Made by a program: the position numbers and the translations under genes
Virus record (IMG/VR): IMGVR_UViG_3300024986_000007
Span: 1-29,211 of that record
DNA length: 29,211 nucleotides
From: a virus
Taxonomy: Duplodnaviria > Caudoviricetes
Strand: one strand, 5' to 3'
The notes under the pieces: generated by a model
What the model was told of the DNA's origin: nothing
The model's database searches: none
The model's input: the letters and a program-made list of their open reading frames with translations, nothing else
In this document: positions 27,048 to 29,211 of the stretch, in pieces
Layout of the letters: each line of letters begins with the position of its first letter
Position numbering within the stretch: position 1 is the first letter of the stretch

Positions 27048-28155
27048 CGACCGCCTCCTGCCGAGGCGCAGCTGCTGGCGCTTCCGCCTGAAACACGACA
27101 CGGCCGACCACTGACCCGCTGGCCGCTGCTACGGCCGCGCCGATCTGGATCGCGAGATTGTTTTCGACCCAGCCCGCCGCGAACTTCGAGACGCAGACGA
27201 CGGTCACCGCCTCCTCGCCGAACAGGATCGCCGCACCCTTGATCCAGCTGCTGTAAGTTGTCGGCCCGAGCTCCTTTTCGAGCGCGGCGTGCACGGCGGC
27301 GCTGCGTGCATCCTCGCGGACCTTCGCCCGAACTGGCGCAGGAGGCAGGGCGGAAGCCACCGCGGGACGGGCTGCGGGCGGCGGCGCGAAACTGACGCCG
27401 CGCATTTTTGCATGCATTACACGGGGATGGTCGTTGTTGACCCACTTCCCCAGCGCTGCGCGCCAGTCAGATTTGCAGCCGATCGAGCGGGTTTCGCTAA
27501 GCCAGTGCAGCTTGAACGCCTCGCACACCGCCTCATAGGCGCCGTCGGGCCATTGCGCGACGAGGCGCGCCGCAACAGGAGGCAGGTCGTCAGGTGCCGG
27601 CGCCTGCCAATCAGCGGGAAGACGGTGGCCGGGCTTGCGCTCGCGCGTCTTCCGCTTCGGCTTCGGCCGTTCCTTCTTGCTGTCCTGTTCGCCCTTTTCC
27701 TCGTGGGGCGGATCATCAGCGTCAGCTGATGATAGGGGAAGTGGGTTCAATAAGGGTTTGGGTGTAGCTGCTACACCCCTCCCCCCTACCGAAGGTAACC
27801 GGTCCGGCCGCTTCACCGGTGAAGATTTTACACCGGTGAAGCGCGCCTTCCGTGCCCAGCAACCGACCAGCGGAAGAGCGGCGAGCGCGTCGACACTGAT
27901 CGCATATTCGACCGTGTGACCATTGGCGCAGGGCTTGGTTCCGACAGCGACGAGCAGCCCGTCGGCGATCAGGCCCTGTATCGTGGTGATGACAGTCTTC
28001 TTGGTCAGGTCGAGCTCGTCGGCCATCGTCTGCTTCGACGCGTAGATGCCGCCGCCGCAGTCGGCCGCCTTGTCCGCAAGATAGGCCATCATCGCCAGGC
28101 GCGTGACGCTGCCGAGCTTCCGCTTGTAGCATTCGGTGATGAGGTGGTTGCTCAC
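27040..28155 (-). CDS. phage replication initiator (N-terminal HTH, C-terminal DnaA_N-like domain)
   Basis: YASKQTMADELDLTKKTVITTIQGL HTH, HRLPADWQ segment, LEKELGPTTYSSWI...SKFAAGWVENN (DnaA N-like). Confidence 0.8.
   Translation of the reverse strand: MSNHLITECYKRKLGSVTRLAMMAYLADKAADCGGGIYASKQTMADELDLTKKTVITTIQGLIADGLLVAVGTKPCANGHTVEYAISVDALAALPLVGCWARKARFTGVKSSPVKRPDRLPSVGGRGVAATPKPLLNPLPLSSADADDPPHEEKGEQDSKKERPKPKRKTRERKPGHRLPADWQAPAPDDLPPVAARLVAQWPDGAYEAVCEAFKLHWLSETRSIGCKSDWRAALGKWVNNDHPRVMHAKMRGVSFAPPPAARPAVASALPPAPVRAKVREDARSAAVHAALEKELGPTTYSSWIKGAAILFGEEAVTVVCVSKFAAGWVENNLAIQIGAAVAAASGSVVGRVVFQAEAPAAAPRQEAVDG
27712..27841. repeat. ori-like cluster of direct and inverted repeats inside rep gene
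   Basis: CACCGGTGAAG at 27814 and 27831; inverted repeats GGTGTAGC-T-GCTACACC (27761-27777) and ATCATCAGC-GTCA-GCTGATGAT (27712-27733). Confidence 0.6.
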
Positions 28156-28376
28156 CGCAGCGGCTCCGCGAGGTCCGGCCGGCCGATCCGCTCGGCAATC
28201 CTGACGGTGGTTTCGCGCACCCGGGCGCGCTCGCGTTCGCGCTGCGTGACATAGCCAGCCCGGCTCGCGGCCGAGCGCTCTGCTGCGACCGCGTCTGCGA
28301 TCAGCCGCTGGGCGGCGTCTTCGGACACCATTGCCTTCGATGGTTCGCGCCGGCCGAAGATGCGATCCCAGATCAT
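28152..28376 (-). CDS. hypothetical 74-aa protein
   Basis: MIWDRIFG start at 28376 (ATGA overlap with the MTase stop); stop overlaps the rep GTG. Confidence 0.65.
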   Translation of the reverse strand: MIWDRIFGRREPSKAMVSEDAAQRLIADAVAAERSAASRAGYVTQRERERARVRETTVRIAERIGRPDLAEPLR

Positions 28377-29211
28377 GCCGCCAGCGCCTCCGGCTGCCAG
28401 TTGCACAGGTCGGGCTGGTTCGCCGCGACCAGCGCGCGCGCCACGGGCGGACAGACGCTGTTGCCGATCGCGCTGATCTGCTCGGCGATCGTCAGGGGCC
28501 GCTCGACCCACTTGCCGCGCAGGAACTTCCGCACGACCGGGTTGAGGACGTAATCGTCTGGGAAACCCTGCGCCCGTGCGAGCTCGCGCGGTTTCAGCAT
28601 GCGCAGGCCGATGTCGACGATGACATAGGTCACCGCGTCGATGGTGACTGTGACGACGGCAAAGCGGGCCTTCACCGTCACGACGTCGAGGGGGCGGTCG
28701 ACGGGCTGGATCTGCGCCGTCTCGTTCTCGCCGTCGGTGCCGTAATATTTCACGAGGAAGGCCGCGGTGCGAACTGCGCGCTGCATCATGTCGGGCGGCA
28801 GCGCGCCCTCTTCGATCATGGTCGTTTCGACGATACGCTGCGTGCACCCCTTTCCGACGATGGTGCTCAGCGGCTTGCGCGGCGTGTGACCGACCGAGCC
28901 GGTGTTCGCCTGCTCTATATGGGCTGCGACAAGGCCATGCTTTGCCCCGTCGGCCGTTGCCGTGGGCGCAGGCTCAGCTACGCTTCGCGCGCGATCTCCG
29001 CCATAGAAGCTCGACAGGAACGCCGTGACGGCCGCGGCCTGCGACCCTTTCGCCGTTACCGTTCCGTAGGGCTTGCCGATGTCGAGCGCGCGCGGATCCT
29101 GCCCTTCGCGCTCGCCGTTGCCCATTTTGACCATGGTCGCGGCGGCGATTGCCCCGTCAGCTTTTACCGTCGTCGTCGGATATGTGCTGTCGACCGGCAT
29201 CGGCGGGCTCT
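28373..29211 (-). CDS. C5 cytosine DNA methyltransferase, C-terminal part (5' end outside window)
   Basis: Motifs IX/X: DIGLRMLKPRELARAQGFPDDY and IGNSVCPPVARAL; repeated PxxTvt target-recognition segments. Confidence 0.88.
   Translation of the reverse strand, partial: SPPMPVDSTYPTTTVKADGAIAAATMVKMGNGEREGQDPRALDIGKPYGTVTAKGSQAAAVTAFLSSFYGGDRARSVAEPAPTATADGAKHGLVAAHIEQANTGSVGHTPRKPLSTIVGKGCTQRIVETTMIEEGALPPDMMQRAVRTAAFLVKYYGTDGENETAQIQPVDRPLDVVTVKARFAVVTVTIDAVTYVIVDIGLRMLKPRELARAQGFPDDYVLNPVVRKFLRGKWVERPLTIAEQISAIGNSVCPPVARALVAANQPDLCNWQPEALAA

Larger units (their letters stand above)
1..29211 (-). mobile_element. podovirus-type (pro)phage segment, replication through lysis
   Basis: Complete ordered packaging, head, tail, ejection and lysis modules. 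No att site or integrase is visible in the window. Confidence 0.93.

Overview
This GC-rich window is a continuous segment of a podovirus-type (pro)phage with BPP-1/epsilon15-like virion genes; the host is plausibly an alphaproteobacterium (inference). Almost all genes are on the minus strand. From right to left: C5 DNA methyltransferase (truncated by the window edge), replication initiator with an ori-like repeat cluster, winged-helix regulator, TerS/TerL, portal, scaffold, major capsid and cement proteins, tail adaptor, a nozzle gene split into two ORFs, ejection proteins (an SLT transglycosylase and a ~2,230-aa polyvalent protein), tailspike, and a lysis cassette ending in overlapping spanins. 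Two plus-strand morons (a lipoprotein and a SAM methyltransferase) and one repeat-flanked minus-strand moron interrupt the late region. The most notable unannotated signal is a recurring minus-strand promoter-like element, CGATTCAA-N17/18-TA, found upstream of five late genes. At three of these sites the predicted +1 cuts a hairpin that would hide the Shine-Dalgarno on read-through RNA, and at a fourth the +1 is the A of the ATG. This suggests a coupled transcriptional and translational late switch. All product calls come from motif recognition and synteny, not database searches.
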